Source of the DNA: a virus | Length of the DNA stretch: 64,000 bases | IMG/VR virus record: IMGVR_UViG_3300019487_000031 | Coordinates: 1-64,000 of that record | Strand: one strand, 5' to 3' | Shown here: positions 20,143 to 29,646 of the stretch, piece after piece | Layout: each line of letters starts with the position of its first letter | Position numbering within the stretch: the stretch's first letter is position 1 | Notes under the pieces: model-generated | The model's input: the letters and a program-made list of their open reading frames with translations, nothing else | What the model was told of the DNA's origin: nothing | Databases searched by the model: none | Position numbers and translations under genes: made by a program

Positions 20143-20707
20143 AGATATGTTTAATTTTGAAGTTCAAAAACTGGATTCTGAAGTAGAAAAACTTATTAAT
20201 AATATGACAAAACAAGAAGAAAGTATTTTACTTGAACAGTTATCAGAACTTATTTCTAGAGGACTTATTGTTATTTATAAAGAAGAACCCGTGTTAACAC
20301 ACGAAGAAAAAGATGGAACACATACTGTTAAAATTTCTTCAGCAGTCAGATTAGTTCTTAAAGACCACGAATATATTCAAAGGATTGAAAAAGAAAATGC
20401 CGAATTAAAGGCCCGCATTCAAGAAAATGAAAGAAGTTTAACATTGCGATACTAGATTCCTTCTCGACTCAGATGCAGTCGAACAAGATTTGCGCTCGAC
20501 GCCATCTTGGCGAGTTGAGGTAATGCGTGCCTACGGATGCGCGGATCTTTGGCCAACACCTAACGGACACCATGTCCATCTAAGACTCGTCACTCTGAAT
20601 TCTGGCGATAATCCAATCCCTAGCAGTCAGGCGTCGAGCCGCGCACACAAGATGAGCGTGGTTCTCAACGACTATGCTTACAAACTCATTGCTACGGTTG
20701 TCACCCC

Positions 20708-21316
20708 ATGAACAAAACAGCATCAAAGCCAAATCCAGTTTTTACAGTAGGGCATTCCAATCACTCGCTTGAACATTTTTTGGAGTTACTCAAACACCAT
20801 GAAATTACCACTGTGGCGGACGTGAGATCTCAACCGTACAGTCGATTTAGACCAATCTTTAATCGCGAAGCACTGGAGTCGGAGCTTAAAAAAAATCAGA
20901 TCGCATATGTTTTTCTGGGTAAAGAACTCGGTGCTCGTTCAAACGATTCGACCTGCTATGTGAACGGCAAGGTCAGCTACGAGCGACTTGCAAAGACATC
21001 CTTATTTAAAGATGGGATCAACCGAATTCTCAAAGGAGCAAAGAAGTTTCGCATTGCGTTGCTCTGTGCCGAAAAAGTCCCTCTCGACTGCCATCGCACC
21101 ATTCTTGTTAGCAGATACTTGGTAGAACGCGGAGTTGATGTGAGCCGTATTTTATCTGACGGTACGTTGGAAGCGCACGAAGACACGATGAGTAAACTTC
21201 TGGCAGAAACAGGAATTGGTTCCGCTCTTTTTGATTCAAGATCCGATCTTCTCGCAAAAGCCTATGAAGAACGAGGTAGTCAGATAGCATACAAATTGCC
21301 TTCAGAACCGAAGTGA
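20708..21316 (+). CDS. DUF488-family protein (copy 1) in GC-rich island 2
   Basis: The N-terminus VFTVGHSNHSLEHFLELL...TTVADVRSQPYS is the DUF488 signature. Local GC is much higher than in the flanks. Confidence 0.55.
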   Translation: MNKTASKPNPVFTVGHSNHSLEHFLELLKHHEITTVADVRSQPYSRFRPIFNREALESELKKNQIAYVFLGKELGARSNDSTCYVNGKVSYERLAKTSLFKDGINRILKGAKKFRIALLCAEKVPLDCHRTILVSRYLVERGVDVSRILSDGTLEAHEDTMSKLLAETGIGSALFDSRSDLLAKAYEERGSQIAYKLPSEPK

Positions 21317-21801
21317 CGAGAGGATGTGCGATGAAGATTTTTACAGTTGGATTCACCAAAACATCTGCTGAGTCTTTCTTTTCTCGCCTAAAGGAAAATG
21401 GCGTGCGGCAACTTCTCGATGTAAGACTGAACAATGCTTCGCAGCTTGCGGGTTTTGCTAAGAAAGATGATTTGCGGTTTTTTCTGAAATCCATTTGCGG
21501 AATTGAGTACGATCACGGGCCAGAACTAGCCCCGACTTCTGACATGCTCGATGAGTACAAAAAAAGGGGGGGTGGGCGCGCTTTCCACGCTCCTTGGAGA
21601 AACTTTTTGAGTTATAAATGTCAAATTTGCAATAAGCCCTTTCCTGATCAAGTTTTCTATGTTAAACTTCCTGGTCATGAATCTCCAGTTTGTGAGCATA
21701 TAGAACAAATCTTAGTTCATGAAGAAAAACAAAAACAGTTCCAAAAAAGTTTAAAGGATCCCACAAAAGGTTTTTATGAATATAGAGAAAAGTTTGAATG
21801 A
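21313..21801 (+). CDS. DUF488-family protein (copy 2) with an AT-rich C-terminal Cys/His extension. The junction lies at an A7G7 homopolymer tract
   Basis: MKIFTVGFTKTSAESFFSRL...LLDVRLNN is DUF488-like. The composition switches from GC-rich to AT-rich at 21559-21572 (AAAAAAAGGGGGGG), followed by CQICNK...HESPVCEH. Confidence 0.5.
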   Translation: MTRGCAMKIFTVGFTKTSAESFFSRLKENGVRQLLDVRLNNASQLAGFAKKDDLRFFLKSICGIEYDHGPELAPTSDMLDEYKKRGGGRAFHAPWRNFLSYKCQICNKPFPDQVFYVKLPGHESPVCEHIEQILVHEEKQKQFQKSLKDPTKGFYEYREKFE

Positions 21802-23326
21802 TCGTTTAATATATGGTAAAGCTTCTCAATCTCATATCGTTTCTATTGAATGTAAAGACGATAAGGCTATTCTTTTCTTAGAAACCCCCCAAGGTATAGA
21901 AACCAAAGAAGTTCCTAATAGATATTGGCTTCTCTCGCCCAAGCCTTATTACCCAGCCAAATGGCGTAAAATGGCCGGTAATCAATTCTTTCAGTATGGC
22001 AGGCAGTTCTCCTCACGCGAAGCCTTCCAACGCGCTAGAAGCTATTATAAGAAGAATGGCGACGTTTTTAGCGTTTGGAACGAAAAGGAAAGCTTCATGG
22101 TTCTTTTCGGCCATAGCTATTACCGTAATCTCGATATTAAGGATGTTTCTATATTATCCTTCGATATTGAAACTACATCATTAGATCCTAATGAACCTAA
22201 TGCTAAAGTTCTTTTAATCTCTAATACTTATCGTAAAGGCGGAAAAGTAGTTAGACAGCTATTTGCATATGATGATTACGATTCTCAAGAAGAAATGATT
22301 AAATCTTGGTGCAAAGTAGTTCGAGAATATAATCCTTCTATTTTATGTGGTCATAATATTTTCACCTTCGATTTGTATTATCTTAATGAAATTATGAAAC
22401 ATCATGGCGGATTAAAATTGGGCCGCGACGGATCTAATCTTCATTTTTCTAATTACGAATCCCTATTTCGCAAAGACCAAACCCAAAACATTTCATATAA
22501 AAAGGCTTTTATATATGGGCGTGAAATTTGCGACACTCTTTTTCTTTCTATAAAATTTGATATTGTTCAAAAGAAATACGATTCTTATGGATTGAAACAT
22601 ATTATTAATAGAGAAGGATTGGAAGATCCGAATCGTGTTTTTTATGATGCCGAACAAATTAGATTTAAATATCAAGATCTTAAAGAATGGGAAAAAATTA
22701 AAGAATATTGTAAAGGCGATTCGGATGATGCGTTAAAGCTTTTTGATTTAATGGCTCCTCCTTTCTTTTACCTCACGCGCTCAGTTCCTAAGTCTTTTCA
22801 GGAAATCATTTGCCGCGCCACGGGTTCGCAATTAAATTCTATGTTTGTTCGTAGCTATCTTCAAGAAGGGCATTCAATTCCCAAAGCTGATATTGGAAAA
22901 GAGTTTACTGGGGCGATTTCTTGGGGAAATCCGGGCATTTATTCTAATGCCATTAAATGGGATGTGGCGTCTCTGTATCCTTCTATTTGTTTACAATATG
23001 AGATTTATCCTAAACAAAAAGATCCTCAAAAGAACTTCTTGAAAATTTTAGAATATTTTACAAAAGAACGGCTTTCAAATAAAAAGATTGCACAAGAACA
23101 AAAAAGTAAATATCATAAGGATATATCTGAAGCCCAAAAACAAGTTTGTAATTCTGCTTATGGGATGTTAGCAACGAACGGATTAAACTTTAATAATTTT
23201 GAACAAGCTCAATTAATTACAAAACATGGCCAAGAAATTTTATGTAAGGCGATTAAATGGGCAACAGGAAAAGAATATGAAGAATGGAATCCAGAAGAAA
23301 ATGAAGAAGTTGAAACCGAAGATTGA
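21776..23326 (+). CDS. Family B DNA polymerase, N-terminal part (3'-5' exonuclease plus palm motifs A and B)
   Basis: Exo I SFDIETT. Motif A KWDVASLYPSI (DxxSLYPS). Motif B KQVCNSAYG (KxxxNSxYG). The ORF ends about 50 aa after motif B, with an acidic tail. Confidence 0.8.
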   Translation: MNIEKSLNDRLIYGKASQSHIVSIECKDDKAILFLETPQGIETKEVPNRYWLLSPKPYYPAKWRKMAGNQFFQYGRQFSSREAFQRARSYYKKNGDVFSVWNEKESFMVLFGHSYYRNLDIKDVSILSFDIETTSLDPNEPNAKVLLISNTYRKGGKVVRQLFAYDDYDSQEEMIKSWCKVVREYNPSILCGHNIFTFDLYYLNEIMKHHGGLKLGRDGSNLHFSNYESLFRKDQTQNISYKKAFIYGREICDTLFLSIKFDIVQKKYDSYGLKHIINREGLEDPNRVFYDAEQIRFKYQDLKEWEKIKEYCKGDSDDALKLFDLMAPPFFYLTRSVPKSFQEIICRATGSQLNSMFVRSYLQEGHSIPKADIGKEFTGAISWGNPGIYSNAIKWDVASLYPSICLQYEIYPKQKDPQKNFLKILEYFTKERLSNKKIAQEQKSKYHKDISEAQKQVCNSAYGMLATNGLNFNNFEQAQLITKHGQEILCKAIKWATGKEYEEWNPEENEEVETED

Positions 23327-23462
23327 AGTAAAAATTGAACGATGTATAGTTTGTAGTGGTCATGGGCGGTTATCTAATGAAGAAGGGTATTTAATAGACA
23401 TTTCATGTTCATTTTGCAAAGGAACTGGGGAAGTTGAAATAACTTATTACGACTATGATTAA
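23226..23462 (+). CDS. Small zinc-ribbon protein inside the polB-interrupting cassette. The likely true start is ATG 23301, overlapping the polB-N stop
   Basis: CIVCSGHG...CSFCKGTG (CxxC...CxxC). Ends in YYDYD* with the next ATG overlapping. Confidence 0.4.
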   Translation: MAKKFYVRRLNGQQEKNMKNGIQKKMKKLKPKIEVKIERCIVCSGHGRLSNEEGYLIDISCSFCKGTGEVEITYYDYD

Positions 23463-23817
23463 AGAAATAATTTTAGATAATGGATTTTATTCTATTATTC
23501 TTGAACATAAAGATGATAATTTGTATGTTGATTTTAAAGTTTATAGTATTTTCACAGTTTCAAAGGGGAGGAAACAATGGATTGAGTATCGGGATGAAGC
23601 CGATTTAAATAAAACAGTAGAAAATGTCGCCGAAGCTCTTCCATTAATTCAAGGTTATTTAAAATATGATGGTTGTATTAATTATACCTATCCTAGTCAA
23701 GAATGTTATATGCTTCATGGATGTTCTTTAGAACGCTTTCGATCTATTCTAAAAGTTTTTGAAGCTATTTATCGAGAATCTGCAAAATTAATGTCTACTG
23801 TTTACGACTATGATTAA
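23455..23817 (+). CDS. Hypothetical protein in the polB-interrupting cassette
   Basis: This ORF ends with VYDYD*, just as the upstream ORF does. The 18-nt junction TTACGACTATGATTAAAG is repeated at 23447-23464 and 23802-23819. Confidence 0.4.
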   Translation: MIKEIILDNGFYSIILEHKDDNLYVDFKVYSIFTVSKGRKQWIEYRDEADLNKTVENVAEALPLIQGYLKYDGCINYTYPSQECYMLHGCSLERFRSILKVFEAIYRESAKLMSTVYDYD

Positions 23818-24361
23818 AGTTATAGGCCCAAAAGATAAAAAGAAATATAAAAATTATATTAATGTTACGTCTTCAGGTTCAGACAGGTTTAAATTCCTTT
23901 CTCCATTTTTTCTCGGGCCTGTAAAACTTTATAATAATATTTATTCTAAAAATATGGAAAATGCCTGGCAATTTTCTAAAGTTTATAAAGAACATTTAGA
24001 TTTAAATGGTAATCCTTCAGAACAATATTTTAAATGGGCTAAAAAAGGTTGGAACGATTCTTGGGCTCATCGATATCCTATGGGAAAAAATAGAAAGCCT
24101 GAATATTCTTATTGGGATGGAAAGAAATTAGATTATTTACAAGGCCGCCAACAGATTTATATTCCTTTGTATTCTTCTTTAGTTGAAAAAACTGGTCAAT
24201 TTACTGATTTGGTTAACCGAGCAAAACAAAAAGAAGATATAATTATATTTGATTATGATGGTTATTCGGATTATGATACACTTGAAGAAGTTACTAAGAA
24301 TCCTAATCGTAAAATGGGCCATGGATTTGTTTTAGCTTTATGTATAATTTCACGCTTATAA
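23810..24361 (+). CDS. Divergent NADAR (DUF1768)-like protein in the polB-interrupting cassette
   Basis: RFKFLSPFFLGPVKLYNNIYSKNMENAWQFSKV resembles the NADAR N-terminal signature (F.FLSNF.....G..Y.S.EHAYQA.K). The later LVEKTG is compatible with the NADAR C-terminal half. Weaker than the NADAR at 30139. Confidence 0.35.
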   Translation: MIKVIGPKDKKKYKNYINVTSSGSDRFKFLSPFFLGPVKLYNNIYSKNMENAWQFSKVYKEHLDLNGNPSEQYFKWAKKGWNDSWAHRYPMGKNRKPEYSYWDGKKLDYLQGRQQIYIPLYSSLVEKTGQFTDLVNRAKQKEDIIIFDYDGYSDYDTLEEVTKNPNRKMGHGFVLALCIISRL

Positions 24362-25008
24362 ACTGCGACACCGATTCTATTACTATTAGTAAACCCGATA
24401 ATTCCCCTTTCTCCGTTCAAGAACAACAAAAGCTTTTAAAAGAACTTAACTCTTTATTTCCTGAAAAGATTTCTTGGGCGGACGATGGGTATTTCCAAAA
24501 GGTTATTGTATTCAAGGCTAAGAATTATATTTTATGGGATGGGGAAAAGATTAAGTCCAAAGGTTCGGCTCTAAAGGATGGTAAAAAAGAACAAGCTCTT
24601 AAAGATTTTATTCAAGAAACAGTTCAAGCGATTTTAAACGATAAAGAAAACTTTCAAGAAATCTATCATAAATATATTAAAGAAGCTTTGGATATTAAAG
24701 ATATTAAAAGATGGAGTTCCAGAAAAACCCTAACACATAAGACTTATAGTTCTTCTCGTCCAAATGAAACAAAAGTTATTGATGCGATTAAAGGGACTGA
24801 TTATAAAAATGGTGATAGAATCTGGACATTTTTTAAAGAAGATGGTTCTTTAGAACTTGTGGAAAATTTTAATGGTGAATATGATAAAATGGTTATGGTG
24901 AAAAAAGTATTCACGACTAGTAAATTATTTGCTTCTGTATTGGATCATAAGATGATATACTTGAACTATTCTTTGAAGAAAAATTTAGAGGCTCTAGAAA
25001 AACTATGA
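24340..25008 (+). CDS. Family B DNA polymerase, C-terminal part (motif C plus KKRY/thumb)
   Basis: INCDTDSITI is motif C (DTDS) 10 aa from the ATG. KAKNYILWDGEKIKSKG is the KKRY-like motif. Confidence 0.75.
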   Translation: MYNFTLINCDTDSITISKPDNSPFSVQEQQKLLKELNSLFPEKISWADDGYFQKVIVFKAKNYILWDGEKIKSKGSALKDGKKEQALKDFIQETVQAILNDKENFQEIYHKYIKEALDIKDIKRWSSRKTLTHKTYSSSRPNETKVIDAIKGTDYKNGDRIWTFFKEDGSLELVENFNGEYDKMVMVKKVFTTSKLFASVLDHKMIYLNYSLKKNLEALEKL

Positions 25009-25710
25009 GTGATAAACCTTTTAAGAAGTTAAACCTAATTGATCAACAACTTAGAAAACTATTTCCAGTTGGGATGTTCGATGGAGTACAAGTCAAAATT
25101 GAAAAAATTTGTGGGTTTGAATTATTTAATACTCGTAATTATCATAATTATGAAACATGGTCAGATGGTTATCAAATCACCGCTGGCGGTATAGTTGTAT
25201 CGGCGGAAGATTTAGATGATGCAATTAATAAATTAGAAAAAGAACTTTCTAAAAAGAAGCTTTAGGAGTTGAACTTGAAAGTTCTAGTAATTCCCCTTTG
25301 TAAAAAGGTAAAGGATAAAGTTAAAGCGCATGGAAAGATTTGGAATGCTGTTAAAAATGTTGATGGAGAAACGCATTTAGAAACTTTAGTTCCTGTTCAT
25401 AAAGGCGGTTATCCGTATTCAATGTGGGTTGTAGAAGGAAAACATTGTAAATTGGAGAGAGTATGAAACAATATAGAACAAAACTTTTTGTAGTTAATGC
25501 AGTTCGTTGGACTGGGAACAACATACAAGAACTTTTTACCTTTGCCGGTCCTAGAATTTTAGGCAATGAAGAAACTGGAATTCTGATAGATAACTCTTTA
25601 GAAAATATTGCAATTCCTTGTCCAATTGGTCATTGGGTTATTAGAGGACTTAAAGGAGAATTTTATCCGTGTGATAATGAAGTCTTTCAAGCTAAATATG
25701 AAGAAGATAA

Positions 25711-26499
25711 ATGAAATCCCTACCAGATAATATTAAAACTCTTCCTGAACTATCTTCCCAATCTATTCTATTGTCCTATAGAGGTTCCATTGCTCATAAT
25801 CTATATCAACCTTCCAATGAACCCAATTCTATTGATGATATTGATTTAATGGGAATTTGTGTTCCTGAAGTTTCTTATTACTTCGGCTTAGATAAATTCG
25901 CCCCCCGAGATACAAAAGAAATGTTTATTGATGAATGGGATATCGTTTGTTATGAACTTAGAAAGTTTGTATATCTTTTAATGAAGGGAAATCCTAATGT
26001 CATTTCAATGCTTTATTTAAAGCCGGAACATTATTTAGTAAAGCATCCAGCGGCTGAACTTTTAATTGAAAACAGAGCTTTATTTAATTCCCACGAGATT
26101 TATCATTCATTTATTGGCTATGCCAAAGCTCAACTTTATAAAACGGAACATATGGTCTTCAAAGGCTATATGGGAGAAAAAAGAAAGAAACTTGTTGAGA
26201 AGTTTGGATATGATACTAAAAATGCCGGGCATCTTATTAGATTAATGATGATGTGTAATGAATGGTTAGTTGAAAAAAACTTTGAGGTTTATCGGGATTT
26301 TGACCGTCAATTTCTTTTAAATATTAAAAACGGGATATACTCTTTAGATCAGATTAAAGAAATGGCGGCTAATTTATTTACAAAAGGAGAAGCTCTTTTT
26401 AAAGCACAACAAAAAACTATTCCAGAAACGGTTGATACTAAAGCTGTAAATGAATTGTTATTGGAAATGTATAAGAAAATTGATTGGGTGAAATTATGA
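25711..26499 (+). CDS. Pol-beta-superfamily nucleotidyltransferase (KNTase-like: NTase N-domain plus helical C-domain)
   Basis: SYRGSIAHNLYQPSNEPNSIDDIDLMGI fits the GS...DxD nucleotidyltransferase motif. The C-terminal half is all-helical. Confidence 0.4.
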   Translation: MKSLPDNIKTLPELSSQSILLSYRGSIAHNLYQPSNEPNSIDDIDLMGICVPEVSYYFGLDKFAPRDTKEMFIDEWDIVCYELRKFVYLLMKGNPNVISMLYLKPEHYLVKHPAAELLIENRALFNSHEIYHSFIGYAKAQLYKTEHMVFKGYMGEKRKKLVEKFGYDTKNAGHLIRLMMMCNEWLVEKNFEVYRDFDRQFLLNIKNGIYSLDQIKEMAANLFTKGEALFKAQQKTIPETVDTKAVNELLLEMYKKIDWVKL

Positions 26500-27065
26500 C
26501 ATTACATGATTTAATAGCCGATTTAACAAAAGAATTATCTTTAACTCCAGAACAACAATTTAAAGTAACTGCTAAAGTCAAAAGGTTAATTCATAATGAA
26601 AAACATGGATTATGCTATAGACTGTTTCTATATTCCCAAGGATATCCAATTTTCGATAAGCCGCATGATCCAGATAACCCGGACACCGAAAGAACAATTG
26701 TTGGATATGAAGAACCAAAAGATCCTTTTATTAATAATCTTTTAAAAGAAAAATCCGATAGTCATTCAAAACTATCTGAACTTCCTGATGATCAACTTGT
26801 TACATGGAATGTCGGAACGCATATTTATAAATAAGGAATATAATATGACATTACAAGGACTTATTAATAGGCTAGAAAAACTAAAGAAAACGGCGGGCCC
26901 GCGAGCTAAAGTTGTAGTTGATTTAGCGGAGTTTCTCAGTATTTGTAAAGATTATTCCCATTGGGAAATTTGTATGCTCACTCATGAAATTATTAGATTT
27001 GAGGTTGAGGGTAGTTTTGAAAATAAAGATGGCTCCGAAAAACTTCGTTCTGTAATTACTTTATC

Positions 27066-28055
27066 ATGAACTTTCTTCCGAAAAATGATGGGATAGATCA
27101 TATTAATATTTATTCCCAAGGTCAAACCAAGATCGGCCAACTCCTTTCTAATTTCGCACATACCCCTTTTCGCGTTCCTTTAATGGGAACTTTCCAATCC
27201 GTCGAGGGGTTTTGGTATTATTGTTTAATCGGGAAAAAGGAATTAAAAAATCTTGTTGGATTTGAAGCTAAGCAATTCGGGAAACGGCATTTAAAAATTA
27301 AAGATACTGTTGATTCTAGATTACTGGAAATTGCCTATAGAGCCAAATTAAGAGATAATCTTTACATCATTCCAAAATTGCTATTGATGCTTCATTCTAA
27401 GTTACAAATTGCCCACTATTACGTTTATGGTGGTAAAGCGGTAACCCCGAAAGAATTTCAATGGATCGCTGAGTTATGGAAAGAAATTCCTATTAACATT
27501 CTTCCTACAAAAGATAAAGTTTTTAGAGCTTTAACTTATTTCAAACCACAACAAACCAAAGCTATTATCATAGGCCAAGATCCGTACCCGAATCCAGAGG
27601 ATGCTTGCGGGCTTGCTTTTTCTGTAGAACATAATAAACCCCCCGCTTCTTTAAAAAATATCTTTAAAGAACTTAAAACCGATTTAAATATTAATTCCCC
27701 CAAAACGGGAAATCTAGAGCCGTGGGCGAAACAAGGAGTTCTTCTTTTGAATTCAGTTCTTACTACGGAGAAAGGAAAATCCGGAGCGCATAAAAATATT
27801 GGCTGGGAAGAAATTACAACTAATACAATTCAAAAAGCTTTAGATTGTAAACAACCAATAGTTATTATCGCTTGGGGTTTTGACGCAAAGAAAAAGCTTG
27901 AAACTTTAAAATTACATGATAAAGTATTGGTATTAACGGGCGGTCATCCGTCCCCGTTAAATACTTCTGTTTCTTTTTTGGGCGGCAAATATTTTTCTAA
28001 GGCCAATGCATTTTTAAATACGAACGGGATTAAAGAAATTGACTGGAGATTATAA
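27066..28055 (+). CDS. ung: Uracil-DNA glycosylase (family 1) fused to an unrecognised 130-aa N-terminal domain
   Basis: AIIIGQDPYPNPEDACGLAFSV is the GQDPY water-activating loop, and GGHPSPLNTSVSFLGGKYFSKAN is the HPSPLS motif. The first 130 aa show no recognisable motif. Confidence 0.8.
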   Translation: MNFLPKNDGIDHINIYSQGQTKIGQLLSNFAHTPFRVPLMGTFQSVEGFWYYCLIGKKELKNLVGFEAKQFGKRHLKIKDTVDSRLLEIAYRAKLRDNLYIIPKLLLMLHSKLQIAHYYVYGGKAVTPKEFQWIAELWKEIPINILPTKDKVFRALTYFKPQQTKAIIIGQDPYPNPEDACGLAFSVEHNKPPASLKNIFKELKTDLNINSPKTGNLEPWAKQGVLLLNSVLTTEKGKSGAHKNIGWEEITTNTIQKALDCKQPIVIIAWGFDAKKKLETLKLHDKVLVLTGGHPSPLNTSVSFLGGKYFSKANAFLNTNGIKEIDWRL

Positions 28056-28377
28056 TGAAACTAATTGGATTTATTGAAACGGGTTTGGCTAATAATCAAA
28101 CGCATTCTATTCCAAAAAATTCTGAAATTCTTTCAGCTAAGATTTCTCCTTATGGACTTATTATTAGCTATATTTATGATATAACTTTTCAGAATGATAG
28201 AGAAAATAGAAATTTCTTAGTTCTTAATAGTAGTGATACTGTTCCTAGTCATTTGTCTCAAGTTCATTTAGTTGATTCTGTTTTTATTAATGATACGATT
28301 TTTCATGTTTTTGAGAATCCTTGGGTATTTTAACAACTAGTTCTGTAGATATTCAGAAAGAATATTGAAAGGAAAAT

Positions 28378-29502
28378 ATGAGAGAATATAAACACGCCAT
28401 TTTCATTGGCCGATTTCAACCGTTCCATAACGGCCATTACGAAGTCCTAAAACAGGCCCTAGAAATTGCCGACACGGTTCTTGTATTAGTCGGTTCTTAT
28501 AAAGTCTCTACAAATATTAAAAATCCTTTTACGTTTGAAGAACGAGTTCAAATGATTCAATCGGTTATTGATGACCGCACTTATGAATATCCTTCTCCAG
28601 ATCAAGCAGTAACTATTGGCGGGGAACTTTTAAAGCGCGTTAAATTTATCCCCGTTCGTGATCATTATAATAACGATAACTTTTGGATTACAGAGGTTCA
28701 GCATAAAGTTTCTGAATATGTAACTGAAAACGAAACAGTTGCATTAGTGGGAAATTATAAAGATGCAAGTAGTTATTATTTAAATCTTTTCCCGCAATGG
28801 GAATTTGTGCCCACAGAACAAAGTTCTAGGCTTTCCGCTACCCAAATCCGCACCATTCTTTTTAAACGCAGTTCTAAAATCCAAGACTTTAACCCATATC
28901 GTCCTGTAACTACCTACGATTCTTTACTTGATCAATCATACGAAAGCATGATTCCATTTAAAATTAATGAGTGGATGATTAAAAACTACTTTAAAACTGA
29001 AAAATACCATAAACACGTAGAAGAATACCAATTTATAGAAAAATATAAGGAACAATGGTCAAATGCTCCTTTTCCTCCCGTTTTTATGACCACGGATTGC
29101 GTTGTAGTATGCTCAGGACACGTTCTTGTCGTGGAACGCGGGTTCAACCCCGGAAAAGGTCAATTGGCGCTTCCTGGGGGCTTTTTAAAGCAAACTGAAG
29201 CTCTTGAGGATGGGGCTTTAAGAGAACTTAAAGAAGAAACGGGTATTTCTATAGATAAGCTAATATTAAAGAATTGTATTGCAGATAAGCGTATTTTTGA
29301 TTATCCTGGTAGGAGTTTAAGAGGAAGAACGATTACTCAAGCTTTCTATATTAGGCTTAAAGATGGGGCTCTTCCAAAACTTAGAGCCGGAGATGATGCT
29401 AATAAAGCAATATGGATTTCTTTAAATGAAGTATCTTCTAAAGAAGAACTGTTTTTTGAAGACCATGCACATATTATTAATTATTTCATTCGGAGAGATT
29501 AA
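28378..29502 (+). CDS. nadM: Bifunctional NMN adenylyltransferase / Nudix hydrolase (NadM-Nudix, phage NatV-like)
   Basis: IFIGRFQPFHNGH is the (H/T)xGH nucleotidyltransferase motif. The C-terminal Nudix box is LPGGFLKQTEALEDGALRELKEETGI (GX5EX7REUXEEXGU). Confidence 0.8.
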   Translation: MREYKHAIFIGRFQPFHNGHYEVLKQALEIADTVLVLVGSYKVSTNIKNPFTFEERVQMIQSVIDDRTYEYPSPDQAVTIGGELLKRVKFIPVRDHYNNDNFWITEVQHKVSEYVTENETVALVGNYKDASSYYLNLFPQWEFVPTEQSSRLSATQIRTILFKRSSKIQDFNPYRPVTTYDSLLDQSYESMIPFKINEWMIKNYFKTEKYHKHVEEYQFIEKYKEQWSNAPFPPVFMTTDCVVVCSGHVLVVERGFNPGKGQLALPGGFLKQTEALEDGALRELKEETGISIDKLILKNCIADKRIFDYPGRSLRGRTITQAFYIRLKDGALPKLRAGDDANKAIWISLNEVSSKEELFFEDHAHIINYFIRRD

Positions 29503-29646
29503 ATGAAGGGAGATTGTCCGGAATGTGGTTCTATGGAAGTTGATTTATATTTTTTAGGAGAAGGTCCTTATACTCCAGAATCTTTCTATTGGCGCGCCGA
29601 TTGTGAATGGTGCGATAATTATAATTCACAAGAAAACGAAGAATAA
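29503..29646 (+). CDS. Small zinc-ribbon protein (47 aa)
   Basis: MKGDCPECGS...RADCEWCDNY (CxxC...CxxC), placed between the NMNAT-Nudix and macro genes. Confidence 0.35.
   Translation: MKGDCPECGSMEVDLYFLGEGPYTPESFYWRADCEWCDNYNSQENEE

Noticed and set aside
23327-24339. Group I intron with homing endonuclease interrupting polB
   Set aside because: The three ORFs inside are not HNH, GIY-YIG or LAGLIDADG enzymes. They are a zinc ribbon, an unknown and a NADAR-like protein. I could not see P7/P3-type intron core pairings by eye. This is not fully excluded and is listed under findings as needing RT-PCR.
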